From positions 49,290,001-49,354,000 of the forward strand of contig OX597829.1 in the NCBI GenBank assembly GCA_951406725.2: a stretch of 64,000 bases of DNA, in the 5' to 3' direction. The DNA is from Octopus vulgaris (lineage: Eukaryota). Below, piece after piece: positions 1 through 11,416 of this stretch. The translations under genes and the position numbers were made by a program. The notes below the pieces were generated by a model, which was not told the DNA's origin, did not search any database, and was given only the letters and a program-made list of their open reading frames with translations. Numbering within the stretch: position 1 is the first letter of the stretch; every line of letters starts with the position of its first letter.

Positions 1-135
1 ATGTACCGCTGAATCCTTGGCATCATGTTTTTATTTTGATACATACATACACCACCTACATACATACATACACATACATACACACATATATACATACACA
101 CACACATTTATGTATACACACACACACATACATAC

Positions 136-166
<31 letters not shown>

Positions 167-964
167 TACATACACATATATAACAGTCCTCCACATACCA
201 ACATGGTGGCACACTGGGCTGATTTAACATGCTCATTTTATCTAAGTTGCTGAAGGACCCATTACTCAGACAAATACTGGAGTATGTCCTCATAAATGAA
301 GCATCCCTCGTACTAAATAAGAAATACACATAGAAGGCACTGATACTCTCATAGCCATAATATATATACGTACTTAAGTAAATTTGTTAGTAGGCTGTTA
401 TGTAGGGATATATATATATATATATACCAGAGTAAGCACATAAGTGTGAATCAAGGTGGAAGAAATAGTATTCAAATATCGAGGTAGAGTATATAGGTAG
501 ATAAAAGTAAACAGACAGATATATAAGTGAGTAGACAGATAGGTACATAGGTAATATGGACAGACAAGCACACACACACACAAAAGGAGATGGAAGCACA
601 TGCCCATGCACACACACACACATACATACATAGACGCATGTACATAGTCACACAAACCCATACACATAGACACACTCGAACAAGCATATACAAGAAGGCA
701 GAGGGAGAGACACAAATACACACACACTTACACACAAGCACATGAATATGCATTCATACATACATATATGCATACACAAGCACACGTGCATGCTAGCACA
801 CACACACAAGTGCACAAACAGACAAAGAAGAACGCAGCTCCAATAACGAACAGATTCAACGTCTATTGACAAAGTTGCAAAAGCAACGAAAATTTTAGAA
901 GACAAAAAATATAAATAATAAATGAATGGAAATGGAACCAGTGAGTGTGTTAGATTATAAGATA

Positions 965-1364
965 CTAGCAGTATCGCCCGGCGTTGCTCGGGTTTGTAAG
1001 GGAAATAACTATATAAGCATTTTTAGAGATGTAAAGTATAATAGCCATCTCAATATGGCTAACCACAAAGGGGGGGGGGGGTGTTACTGTAGCTTTTTAC
1101 GTGAGATTTAATGATAAATTTTTAGAGAGTTACTTCCCTTATATATGCCAAAAATGCATTAAAAATGGGAAAAATTGATGGTAAATGTTTTTTAAAATCA
1201 TAGACTCATCGTAGACACACGCTAATACCCAGAATGGCTCGATATGAATCACGACTATAAGATACTATAAGATAAGGTTAAACTGCACCGCAAAATGTGG
1301 GAGTAGTTAGGAATCTAAATCGTAGGAAACAGACAGCACACAACCTCACTTTTATATATAAAGA
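965..1364 (-). mobile_element. Non-autonomous Helitron, subfamily 1
   Basis: Minus strand starts TCTTTATATATAAAAG and ends CCCGAGCAACGCCGGG hairpin plus CGATACTGCTAG. Inserted between A and T with no TSD. Confidence 0.85.
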
Positions 1365-1384
1365 TTAAGACAATATGACTCTCC

Positions 1385-2018
1385 CCAGACATGTTTTGCA
1401 AACAACTTGCACATGCAAGTGCTACTACTCGAAAGCTCTGCATACAAGAAGCCAGTAAGTATATGGGGTCATCAAGAGAGAATGCATGCCATTTCGGGGC
1501 CTATCTCTTGATGGCACCATTGCGCACAAACCCCTACCTCACTGAAATGAGACTCCACTTGCTAGATCAATTGGAATACAGATATAACTCAATAGTCTTC
1601 TAGCCATCACTCATTGTCTCTTTTTTAACCAAATCTATTGGCTAGCCTTTTCCACTGTAGCTTGGATATCGCTCATGGTGGTATTTGCTTTATGACGAGC
1701 TAGTCCTAACAAGAACAACAGTTGCCTCACGCTGTGTCTAATGAATCCTCTCCAGACAAATTCAGTTGGAAAATGCTCTGCTTTTCGTCCTGCATCTTCA
1801 CATTCCTTAACGAGGTTTATATAATGGTAAAGCTTTTGAGTCTGAGTGGCTTCTGTGTTACCTTCACGAGGAACCGTTAACTCGACTAGATTTACCACTT
1901 TCTCCCTTTTGCACCACATTATGTCTGTTTTCTTTGCAACTGAGATGGGAAAGAATCCTTGGCACTCTGGCAAATCTGCAGCCACCTCCCAATAGCCGTT
2001 CCACTTTTCATCGCTCAC
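1385..2018 (-). mobile_element. 3' fragment of a HERO-like non-LTR retrotransposon (RLE endonuclease, R2 group)
   Basis: ORF 1635-2060 contains W.VAADL..., (P)DI.W...K.V.LVELTVP.E.N..., L..EC..AG..A..FP.E...RGF and ends ASQ*IW, a restriction-like endonuclease C-terminus typical of HERO elements. Confidence 0.75.
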
Positions 2019-2044
2019 AGTGTGTATACATACATATATATATA

Positions 2045-2243
2045 TGAGCACCACCAGCAAAAAAATTTTTTTCCTCTGTCTTCTCTTCTCGGGATCTTTC
2101 CTTCTCCTTTGTTTCCGACGAAGAGCTCCGCTCGAAACGTTAAACCCTCCTTCTCTTCTTTCCTGAGCGTCAAATAATACTTTAATTGTTCCACGTCCTC
2201 GCGTTGCTGTGTTTTTTTCTGTGTTTTCTTGTTTGGATTAACT
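2045..2243 (+). mobile_element. Penelope-like terminal fragment in (AT)n with a hammerhead-like motif
   Basis: Flanked by (TA)n on both sides; contains GTTT-CCGACGA-A-GAGC TCC GCTC-GAAAC-GTT-AAAC at 2111-2145. Confidence 0.6.
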
Positions 2244-2292
2244 ATATATATATATATATAAATACACACATGTATGTATGTATGTATGTATG

Positions 2293-2327
<35 letters not shown>

Positions 2328-2539
2328 TTTATTTAAAGCAGCAGAAAATTCCTGCTGCTTTAAATAAAGCATATTACTCTACCACTGGTATTTGAGTACT
2401 CTTTTTTCCACCTTGTTTCACATTTATGTGTTTACTCCGTATATATATATATATATATATATCAAAAACAAAAGGACCAAAAGTTCTTCACAAGCAAAAG
2501 GCTTATAAGGCTGGTTTCCTGGGATTTGTGATATATATA

Positions 2540-3310
2540 CAAGTTCTAATCAACAAGTATGTAGAATGATGCCATAGTAACGAAGATAAAGCATGAAGAG
2601 TGAAGCTGCTTGACACAGCTTGACCTTGCACTCTGCTGTGCATACACACTAAGTTTTAACATTTTCGCTCACTTCTGCTGTTTACAGCAGTGCTTGGAAG
2701 GAAGGTGTGTAGCATGTGATCTTTGCATTGACCATGACAGAGAAAGTTTTCATAGCAATACCTGCTCAGAGGCCTGTGCAAAGTTGCAGAAAGTGTATGG
2801 AGAGGAGTCTATGAGCAGCACACAGGTGTATGAGTGGTTCTGACGTTTCCAAGATCCCTAGAAAAATATCAATATTGACGAATGTTCTGGGAAGCCCACC
2901 TGCAACTAGCAGAACTGAAAAAGTATCACAGATGTGCATGTAGCTGTGAGGAGAAGTTGTCAAATCACCATTTATGTATTATCAGAGGATTTGCAGATTA
3001 GTTACATTTCAGTTCAGTCCATTATCACTGAAGGTTTGGGTATGAGGCGCGTGTCTGCCAAAACTGCTGTCAGATGGCCAAAAAGACACTTAGGTTTCAG
3101 TGGCACAAAATCTTGATTGTGTCTAGAAGAGAGAAGTTGTCAAATCACCATTTATGTATTATCAGAGGATTTGCAGATTCTGTGTTTAACTTCCTCTGTC
3201 ACGGTCAATGCAACAATCACACGCTACACACCTTCCTTCCAAGCACTGTTGTAAACAGTGGAAGTGTGCTAGAACGTTAACACTTAGTGCACATGCATTG
3301 CAGAGTGGAT
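2540..3310 (+). mobile_element. Decayed mariner element (N-terminal HTH remnant) with long inverted termini
   Basis: TCSEACAKLQKVYGEESMSSTQVYEWF*RFQD is a Mos1-type HTH. About 2628-2745 is inverted at about 3188-3308. Confidence 0.7.
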
Positions 3311-3439
3311 AATCTGTGTCAAGTGGCTATAAGTATGTTTTGCTGAAATGCTAAGTTACAGAGATGTAAATACACCAACACTGGTTGTCAAATGATAGCA
3401 GGGAACAAACATAGAAACAAAGATATAAACACACATAAA

Positions 3440-3896
3440 TACACACACACACACACATATATACATACACATATACATACATACATATATACATACATAC
3501 ATATGCATATATACATATATATATACATACATACATACATATGCATACATACATATACATATGCATACATATATACATATGCATACATATATACATATAT
3601 ACATATGCATACATACATACATATATATATGCATACATATATATATATATATATGCATACACATATACATATATACATAATATATACACACACAGACACA
3701 AACATATATATACATATATAGGCATATATACATACATATATATATATGTATATGTATATTTATACATATATACATAAATACATTTATATACATATATAAA
3801 TATACACACATACATATACACACAAATATACACACATACATATATACATACATATACACAGATATATATACACATACATACATACATATATATATA

Positions 3897-3940
<44 letters not shown>

Positions 3941-4030
3941 TACATACATATATAAATACATATATGCATATATATATATATATACATATGCATGTATACA
4001 TACTTATATACACACACACACACACACACA
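3440..4030. repeat. (TA/CA/TACA)n compound microsatellite
   Basis: Direct inspection; source of the Y/I/M/C/V ORFs. Confidence 0.95.
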
Positions 4031-4377
4031 TTCATACTTGTAGATGGATACATACCTATAAGTATGTAAACTGAGATACACATTATATGTAAATGTGCCG
4101 TGTAAAGTAAATAAACTCGGAACTGAATATGACCAAATATTACAAAGCCGTTGACTAAGTTTATCTCACGAGCTTCCTAACGTGATGTGATTTGGATGAC
4201 GTTATCACATTGGGAGGAAAAAAAGGGAAGAGAAGAAGAAGAAGAAGAAGAAGTACCAGGAAATGTGCCTAGTATACTGTTTAAGAGAAAGAGAGAGAGG
4301 GGGGGGATTGGGGAGACGTAGAGAGGAGCAGAGAGAGAGAGAGAGAGAGAGATTGGGGAGAGAGAAAGATAGACGGG

Positions 4378-4414
<37 letters not shown>

Positions 4415-4482
4415 GAGGAAGAAAATCAATAACATATTTGAAGAGAATGTAATAGAATACCAGAGAGAATGGATGAGAGACA

Positions 4483-4483
<1 letters not shown>

Positions 4484-4521
<38 letters not shown>

Positions 4522-4599
4522 AGAGTGTGTGTGTGAGTGTTTGTGAGTGTGTGTGTTTGTTTGTGAGTGTGTGTGTTTTAGAGTGTGTGTGTGAGTGTT

Positions 4600-4639
<40 letters not shown>

Positions 4640-4659
4640 AGAGTGTGTGTGTGAGTGTT

Positions 4660-4703
<44 letters not shown>

Positions 4704-4723
4704 AGAGTGTGTGTGTGAGTGTT

Positions 4724-4760
<37 letters not shown>

Positions 4761-4831
4761 AGAGTGTGTGTGTGTGTGTGTTGTGAGTGTGTGTGTGTGT
4801 GTGTGTGTTTTAGAGTGTGTGTGTGAGTGTT

Positions 4832-4873
<42 letters not shown>

Positions 4874-4893
4874 AGAGTGTGTGTGTGAGTGTT

Positions 4894-4929
<36 letters not shown>

Positions 4930-4949
4930 AGAGTGTGTGTGTGAGTGTT

Positions 4950-4989
<40 letters not shown>

Positions 4990-5060
4990 AGAGTGTGTGT
5001 GTGAGTGTTTGTGAGTGTGTGTGTGTGTGTGAGTGTGTGTGTTTGTGTGTGTGAGTGTGT
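4484..5060. repeat. (GT)n microsatellite with a ~50-65 bp superstructure (TTTAGAGTGTGTGTGTGAGTGTTTGTGAG...)
   Basis: Recurring TTTAGA and GTTTGTGAG interruptions. Confidence 0.9.
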
Positions 5061-5363
5061 ATGAAAGGTGCATGGCTCACTAATTATATTGATAAGAAAG
5101 TAAGGAGAGAGACAAAGAGAGGAACAGAAAGAGAGACGTACAGAGAGAGAGAGAGAGAGAGATGGACAATAAGATGTAATGAGAGGCAAAGAGAGAGAGA
5201 GAGAGAGAGAATGGACAACAAGAGAGAGAGAGAGAGAGAGAGAATGGACAACAAGAGATAAAGAGAGAGAGAGGGGGATAGAGACACAGAGAAAAGTAAT
5301 ATTATATTACAGAAAGAGACAAATTATTAGAGGATGGAGTTTATGTGTTAGTATGTTGAAGGA

Positions 5364-5411
<48 letters not shown>

Positions 5412-5534
5412 ATATGGAAAGATGGAGGGGAAGAGACAGAGAGAGTGAAAAGGAGAATAAAAGAAAGTGAGAGTGTATGATACAAGATGTCTATATGTAG
5501 GTGTGTAAATGTACTTAACTTAGTGCATGAAGGA

Positions 5535-5706
5535 AGATAGATAGATAGATAGGTAGAGTTGTTGAGAGATACATAGGTTGATAGTTATATATGTAGATGG
5601 ATAGATGGAGATAGAAAGATAGACAGACAGACAGACAGACAGACAGGTAGGTAGATAGATAGATAGATAGATAGATAGATTGGTAGATAGATAGATAGAT
5701 AGATAT

Positions 5707-5755
<49 letters not shown>

Positions 5756-5762
5756 TAGATAT

Positions 5763-5812
<50 letters not shown>

Positions 5813-6021
5813 GGATGGATAGACAGATAGGTAGATAGATAAAGAGACAGAGGGGTAGGTAGGTAGGTAGGTAGGTAGAGAGATAGGACAGGACAAGATA
5901 CTTAGATAGGTAGACAGATAAATAGGTAGATAGATACATAGATAGCTGGATAGGTAGGTAGGTTACATAGATAAGTGGGTAATGAGAGAGAGAGAGAGAG
6001 AGAGTGAGTGAGTGAGAGAAC

Positions 6022-6106
<85 letters not shown>

Positions 6107-6127
6107 TAGACAGATAGATAAATAGAC

Positions 6128-6170
<43 letters not shown>

Positions 6171-6261
6171 CAGACAGAGAGACAGACAGACAGACAGATA
6201 GATTAGACAGACAGGTAGGTAGGTAGATAGGACAGACAGACAGACAGATAGACAGACAGAC

Positions 6262-6292
<31 letters not shown>

Positions 6293-6328
6293 TAGATAGA
6301 GAGATAGAGAGATAGATAGATCGATAGA

Positions 6329-6364
<36 letters not shown>

Positions 6365-6430
6365 TAGATAGAAAGTGAGAAAGAGAGAGAGACACACACA
6401 CACAGACAGACAGAGAGACAGACAGATAGA
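5535..6430. repeat. (GATA/GACA/GGTA)n tetranucleotide array
   Basis: Direct inspection; source of the LSIY ORFs. Confidence 0.95.
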
Positions 6431-6711
6431 CAGAAGGAAGGAGAAAGAGAAAGTCCGTATCATTTTTGCAAGAGAAAATAAGACGGGAGTGGAGAGCAGT
6501 AAGACGAGAACTCTCCAATGTGCCTTACACAAGGCAGGAGAAAGACAGGAGAAAGAGAGAGAGAGAGGGGGGGTGAGATATGGGAGAAAGAGAGGAACAA
6601 AGGAATGAAGAGAGGGAGGGATAAGAAGAGAAAAGAGAGAAGTTTGTATCTTGAGAGACAAGCAAGATCCACTGAGCACATTGTGTGTATGTGTGTGGGT
6701 GTGTGAGAGAG

Positions 6712-6748
<37 letters not shown>

Positions 6749-6954
6749 AAAAGTAGTAGAGTCAAAAACTGGCAGACAGAGGGAAAGTGCTAAGAGAGAA
6801 AGAAGAGATGAAGAGCGAGGAGATAGCAAAACGATGAGAGAGAGAAAGAGAGAGAGACAGAGAAAGACACACACAAAGAGAGAGACTACAGGTGATGGAA
6901 GACAAGAGTAAGAAAATGGGATAGTGCACACACACACACACACATAGAAATAGG

Positions 6955-6985
<31 letters not shown>

Positions 6986-7253
6986 AAAGTGTGAGAAAAT
7001 GCTATTGAGGTGAGTTTAAGGAAATGGCAAACTAAGAGAAAATTCACTTATTGATTTATCATCAACTTTTCTAATCATCTTTTCTTCCACGTTTAACGAA
7101 AATATGTATGTCAGCTGATTGAAATGAGAGTGAAATTAAGGTGAGAGTGGATAGGAGCGGCAGAGAGGAAAACGTAGTGACATAAAACAAAAACAAAAAC
7201 AAAAAAAAAATAATCAAATCATCATCATCATCATTATCATTATCATCATACAT

Positions 7254-7412
7254 GCAGGAATGGCTGTGTGGTAAGTAGCTTGCTCACCAACCACATGGTT
7301 CTCGGTTCAGTCCCACTGTATGGCACCTTGGGCAAGTGTCTTCTGTACCCTCGGGCAGACCGAAGCCTTGTGAGTGGATTTGGTAGATGGAAACTGAAAG
7401 AAGCCCGTCGTA
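7254..7412 (+). mobile_element. SINE family A, 5' half (tRNA-like head)
   Basis: TGGCTGTGTGG A-box and GGTTCAGTCCC B-box; matches the full copies at 45624 and 61277. Confidence 0.85.
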
Positions 7413-7421
7413 TATATGTAT

Positions 7422-7586
7422 ATTTTCTTATTTGTATTATATATAGCATTATTAAATCTCAGAATGAGATTGAAACAGTAATCGCTCGATAATGTAAAGT
7501 ATAGAAGCCATCTTAATATGGCTAACCACATAGCTACAGTAACACCCCCTCCCCTATGTGGTTAGCCATATTAAGATGGCTTCTAT

Positions 7587-7635
<49 letters not shown>

Positions 7636-7965
7636 CAAATAAGAAAATGGAGAAATGAATTTAGTTGGCTCATCAGCATTTATTAGGATATTAGAATGTT
7701 GGCTTATTTATTTATTTAACAGAACGAGAACCATAATAACATACACATACACATTAAAATTCAATAAATATAAAATAAGAATGCAATTATAAAAACCTTA
7801 ATATACATTATTGAAATCATTAAAATCACTCCTTACAGCTGTTTCAGCCTATGGAAAAAAGTAGTTTTTCAGTGCCTATAGTTGTCACACATATATATAT
7901 ATATGCGACAACTATAGGCACATGTAGACATAACCTAACTGTGAAGTTAGGTTATATCTGCATGT
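7422..7965. mobile_element. Nested foldback cluster in (AT)n, probably Penelope-derived
   Basis: Perfect 39-bp stem 7495-7533/7554-7592; outer inverted repeat 7422-7445/7625-7648; hairpins at 7872-7921 and 7920-7965; GAAACAGCTGTAAGG on minus at 7831-7845. Confidence 0.55.
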
Positions 7966-8099
7966 ACGTTATACATCCGCACATAAATAGATAAAAAGCA
8001 AATCAACCAAGCAAACTCTGTTGCCTCTAATGAACAGTTTGTTTCAGTTGTAACACATGGACAAATTGTAAAAGGCAGTTCCATGGTAAAAAAACAGCC

Positions 8100-8487
8100 A
8101 TCATCATCATCATCATCGTTTAACGTCCGTTTTCCGCGCCAGCATGGGTTGGACGGTTCGACCGGGGTCTGGGAAGCCAGGGACTGCTCCAGGCTCCAGT
8201 CTGATCTGGCAGAGTTTCTACGGCTGGATGCCCTTCCTAACACCAACCACTCCGCGAGTGTAGTGGGTGCTTTTTACGTGCCACCAGCACAGGTGCCAGG
8301 GGGGGGGGGTCCGGCACCGGCCACGATTGGTTGGAGCTTTTAACGTGCCAGTGGCACGGAAGCCAGCCAAGGCGGCGCTGGCAACGTTCGGATGATCTTT
8401 TTATGTGTCACTGGCACAGTAGCCAGTCAGAGCGGCGCTGGCATCGGCCACGTTCGGATGGTGCTTTTTATGTGCCACCGGCACAGA
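8100..8487 (-). mobile_element. RTE-type LINE 3' UTR copy with (GAT)n tail
   Basis: Same sequence follows an RTE ORF C-terminus at 27975-28315; ends GGACGTTAAACGATGATG on minus. Confidence 0.75.
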
Positions 8488-8958
8488 ATATCTAGTATAT
8501 CAGTAGAGTGACTGATGTGTCACATCTTCATCGCAATTTGGAAGAAAAGAGCAGATGTTTGTTCAGTAACCAACAATGGAAGAAATTTCCTCAATAATGG
8601 TGTGTGTGTGTGTGTGTGTGCACACGTACATATGTATGTATGTGTGTTTCTTAATTTTCAATTTTACTATTTTTCCATTACTTGAAGTTGTTGCTCAATT
8701 GATAATTCCATGAAACAGTCCCTCATTATTATTATATTATTATTAGCCCGTGGCTTTTATGGGCTTTTCTACAAATAACCTTTAAAATGCCTCCCCCTAT
8801 TGGGAGTTTTTTTTTACTTCTTACATTGTTCTTTTTTGCTATCAAATGTTTTTTTTTTGCAAAACCTTTTGTATATCCTCTTGTGTCGTCCTATAATGTT
8901 TTGATTTATATTAATCCTTGTGCCCAATAAAATAATAATAATAATAATAATAATAACA

Positions 8959-9003
<45 letters not shown>

Positions 9004-9006
<3 letters not shown>

Positions 9007-9541
9007 TGAGTGAGCAGTGCATGCCATCAAAGTTACACTGGGGTAAAATATACGAAGCCCAGTATACCCATCATGACTACCCGTCTGATAAAGGTACACC
9101 AGGCACATGCATCACAACCATATGTGCGCGACATGATGATCTCATATCAAGATAAACAGCACATGACCTTGCAGGTGGGGCCCAGTTAGAATTTTCTTCT
9201 CGCCGAGTAGCCCATCCTGCTTCAAAAGGTCCCTGAATAAGGGTTGTTTAAGAATGTTGAACGAAACACCCATGTTTCCAGAGGTGAATTATTCAAACCC
9301 CAAAGAACCCTTCTCGACACAAGGCTATGATGCTCCCCCACTACTTCTGCTCGTGATCAGAGATGCACATATCGTCAGCCACTAAGGGACATGCTCAACT
9401 GGTTAAGGTCAAACAACTGACAAGAATATTTGCTGTAGCCCATCTTTTATACCAAGATAAAACAATGTACATGGTAACACTTCCAATCAGTTAAGATCAG
9501 AAGCCAAGAGAGCCACTGCCTGGTACTGCATCAGGGCATTT
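9004..9541 (-). mobile_element. ~540-bp non-coding interspersed element inserted in (TAA)n
   Basis: Three copies in the window (also 18682-19225 and 51990-52422); flanked by (TTA)n here. Confidence 0.8.
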
Positions 9542-9562
9542 ATTATTATTATTATTATTATT

Positions 9563-9711
9563 CAGTAGTTTTATTTTTATAGCGTGCTTTCACTTCACTA
9601 CCGAGCGCAGCTCTGTGTGCCTCGGGCATGTGCTGTGATTTGTTGTGATGCTCTGATGGTTATTGTATGGAAAGTGTTCTGCGTAGGATGTGTGCAGTGC
9701 CTAGTAGTGCA

Positions 9712-9713
<2 letters not shown>
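9563..9713 (-). mobile_element. R4/Dong LINE 3' end
   Basis: Matches the 3' part of 33913-34212 (ALLGTAHILRRTLSIQ* plus UTR); lies in (TAA)n. Confidence 0.8.
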
Positions 9714-9743
<30 letters not shown>

Positions 9744-10359
9744 CATCATCATTATCATTATTAAGTCTGTTTTGCCTTGGGAAAATCTCTAAAGTATTGA
9801 ACACACAGTCATAGAATTTGCTGAAAAAGGATAATTGAACAGGCTTGAGGAGATTCAGTTTCTGTTGACAAATGGCATTAGTCTATGGAGAAAGATTAAA
9901 ACTCGACTGTAGAAAATTCCAAACGATAAAGGATCTCTGAGAGGAAAAGCAATGACGAAGTCAGATGAGAAAAGTAAATAAAAGCACCAGGAAGTTATTT
10001 CTAAAAGCCTAACCTTGGTATTGTTGCTGCTGGTTAAATGTAGCTAGGAATGGTTAATGGCTGTGGCTTATCTGAACAAATGTTTACCAAAAGCGTCTTT
10101 TGAAGGTTTGCGTCAGTAATAAATCAGGTGGAATGGAAGGTAAATCTGCTGTAGAACTTATCAGGATGCAGTTTACAGACAAACAGTGGCAAGTTTGGAT
10201 AAAGATAATGAAATGATAGGAAGGTGACAGTAATGAAAGAGCTAAATTGAGAAGAACAGCTGGAGTTATTTCAAGGACCAGACGATTGGTCTCAGTGGCT
10301 TTCACATTCTATTAGACAGGACAGCATTCTACTCGACTAAATGCAGAAGATGATGGCGT

Positions 10360-10790
10360 TGTGATGATGATGATGATGGTGATGAAGACGACCATCATCA
10401 TCATCATCATCATCATCACCATCATTATCAACATCACTGCTATCATCATTTTCATCATCATCATCAACATCATTATTAACATCACTGCTATCATCATCAT
10501 CATCATCACCATCATCATTACCATCATTATCAACATCACTGCGATCATCATTTTTATCATCATTGTCATCACCATCATTATCAACATCACTGCTATCATC
10601 ATCATCATCATCATCATCGTCATCACCATCATTATCAACATCACTGGTATCATCATTTTCATCATCATCGTCATCACCATCATCATCACCACCACTATCA
10701 TCATCATCATCATCATTGTTGCTGTCGTCATCGTCATCATCATCACTAATAACAAACACCAACAGCACTATCATCATATGACTGCTTGAC
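10360..10790. repeat. (CAT)n-derived minisatellite with ~42-48 bp units
   Basis: Repeated CATCACCATCATTATCAACATCACTGCTATCATCAT; explains the D-, M- and I-rich ORFs. Confidence 0.85.
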
Positions 10791-11018
10791 CATTGTCATC
10801 CTCCTCATCCTCATCATATGGTCACTTTCTGTGCTTACATGGGTTGGAGGAGTCATTTCGGTCATACTTATTTAGTGGGTGGGTAATGTTCACCTACATA
10901 GACTGTATTTCACTCATGTTTCAATTTTGGCTTGTTTCTTTGGCTGGGTGCCATTTCTAACATTAACCATTTTACACAATGCACTAGTTACAACAGTTCT
11001 ATATTTAAGAGATGAGGA

Positions 11019-11166
11019 ATTATTTACATTATTTACATTTGACGGATATTTGTCCTCATCTTGTTTGTTGTTAACACGTTTCAGCTGATATACTCTCCAG
11101 CCTTCATCAGGTGTCTTGGGGGAAATTTCGAACCTGGGTTCTCATTCCTAAGGTATCTTTCAATGC

Positions 11167-11217
<51 letters not shown>

Positions 11218-11416
11218 CATGCAAGTTACTGTCTGGAATCTTGGGGTTAGTAGCCCAACCACTACGCCATCGAAAAATACCTTAAGAATGAGAACCCAGG
11301 TTCAAAATTTCTCCAAGACACCTGATGAAGGCTGGAGGGTATATCAGCCGAAACGTTGTGTTAACAACAAACGAGATGAGGACAAATATCCGTCGAATGT
11401 AAATAATGTACATAAT
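11019..11416 (-). mobile_element. Retroposon with tRNA-derived head, (TAA)n spacer and hammerhead-containing tail, plus an inverted tail copy at its 5' end
   Basis: ~147-bp inverted arms 11019-11165/11268-11416; deleted tRNA-like head at 11226-11270 on minus; homolog at 34641-35118. Confidence 0.75.
11317..11362 (+). ncRNA. Minimal type-I hammerhead ribozyme-like motif (Penelope type)
   Basis: GACAC-CTGATGA-A-GGCTG(GAGGGTATAT)CAGCC-GAAAC-GTT-GTGTT. Stem I GACAC/GTGTT, intact core, 5-bp stem II, palindromic AACGTT in place of stem III, GUU cleavage triplet. Confidence 0.7.

Noticed and set aside
3351-6943. Long YIYIC / LSIYLS / THTHT ORFs (also at 39906, 41366 and 61982)
   Set aside because: Microsatellite translations.
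10312-10789. Asp-rich (biomineralisation-like), Met-rich or Ile-rich ORFs
   Set aside because: (CAT)n-derived repeat open in several frames, with no splice or signal-peptide support.
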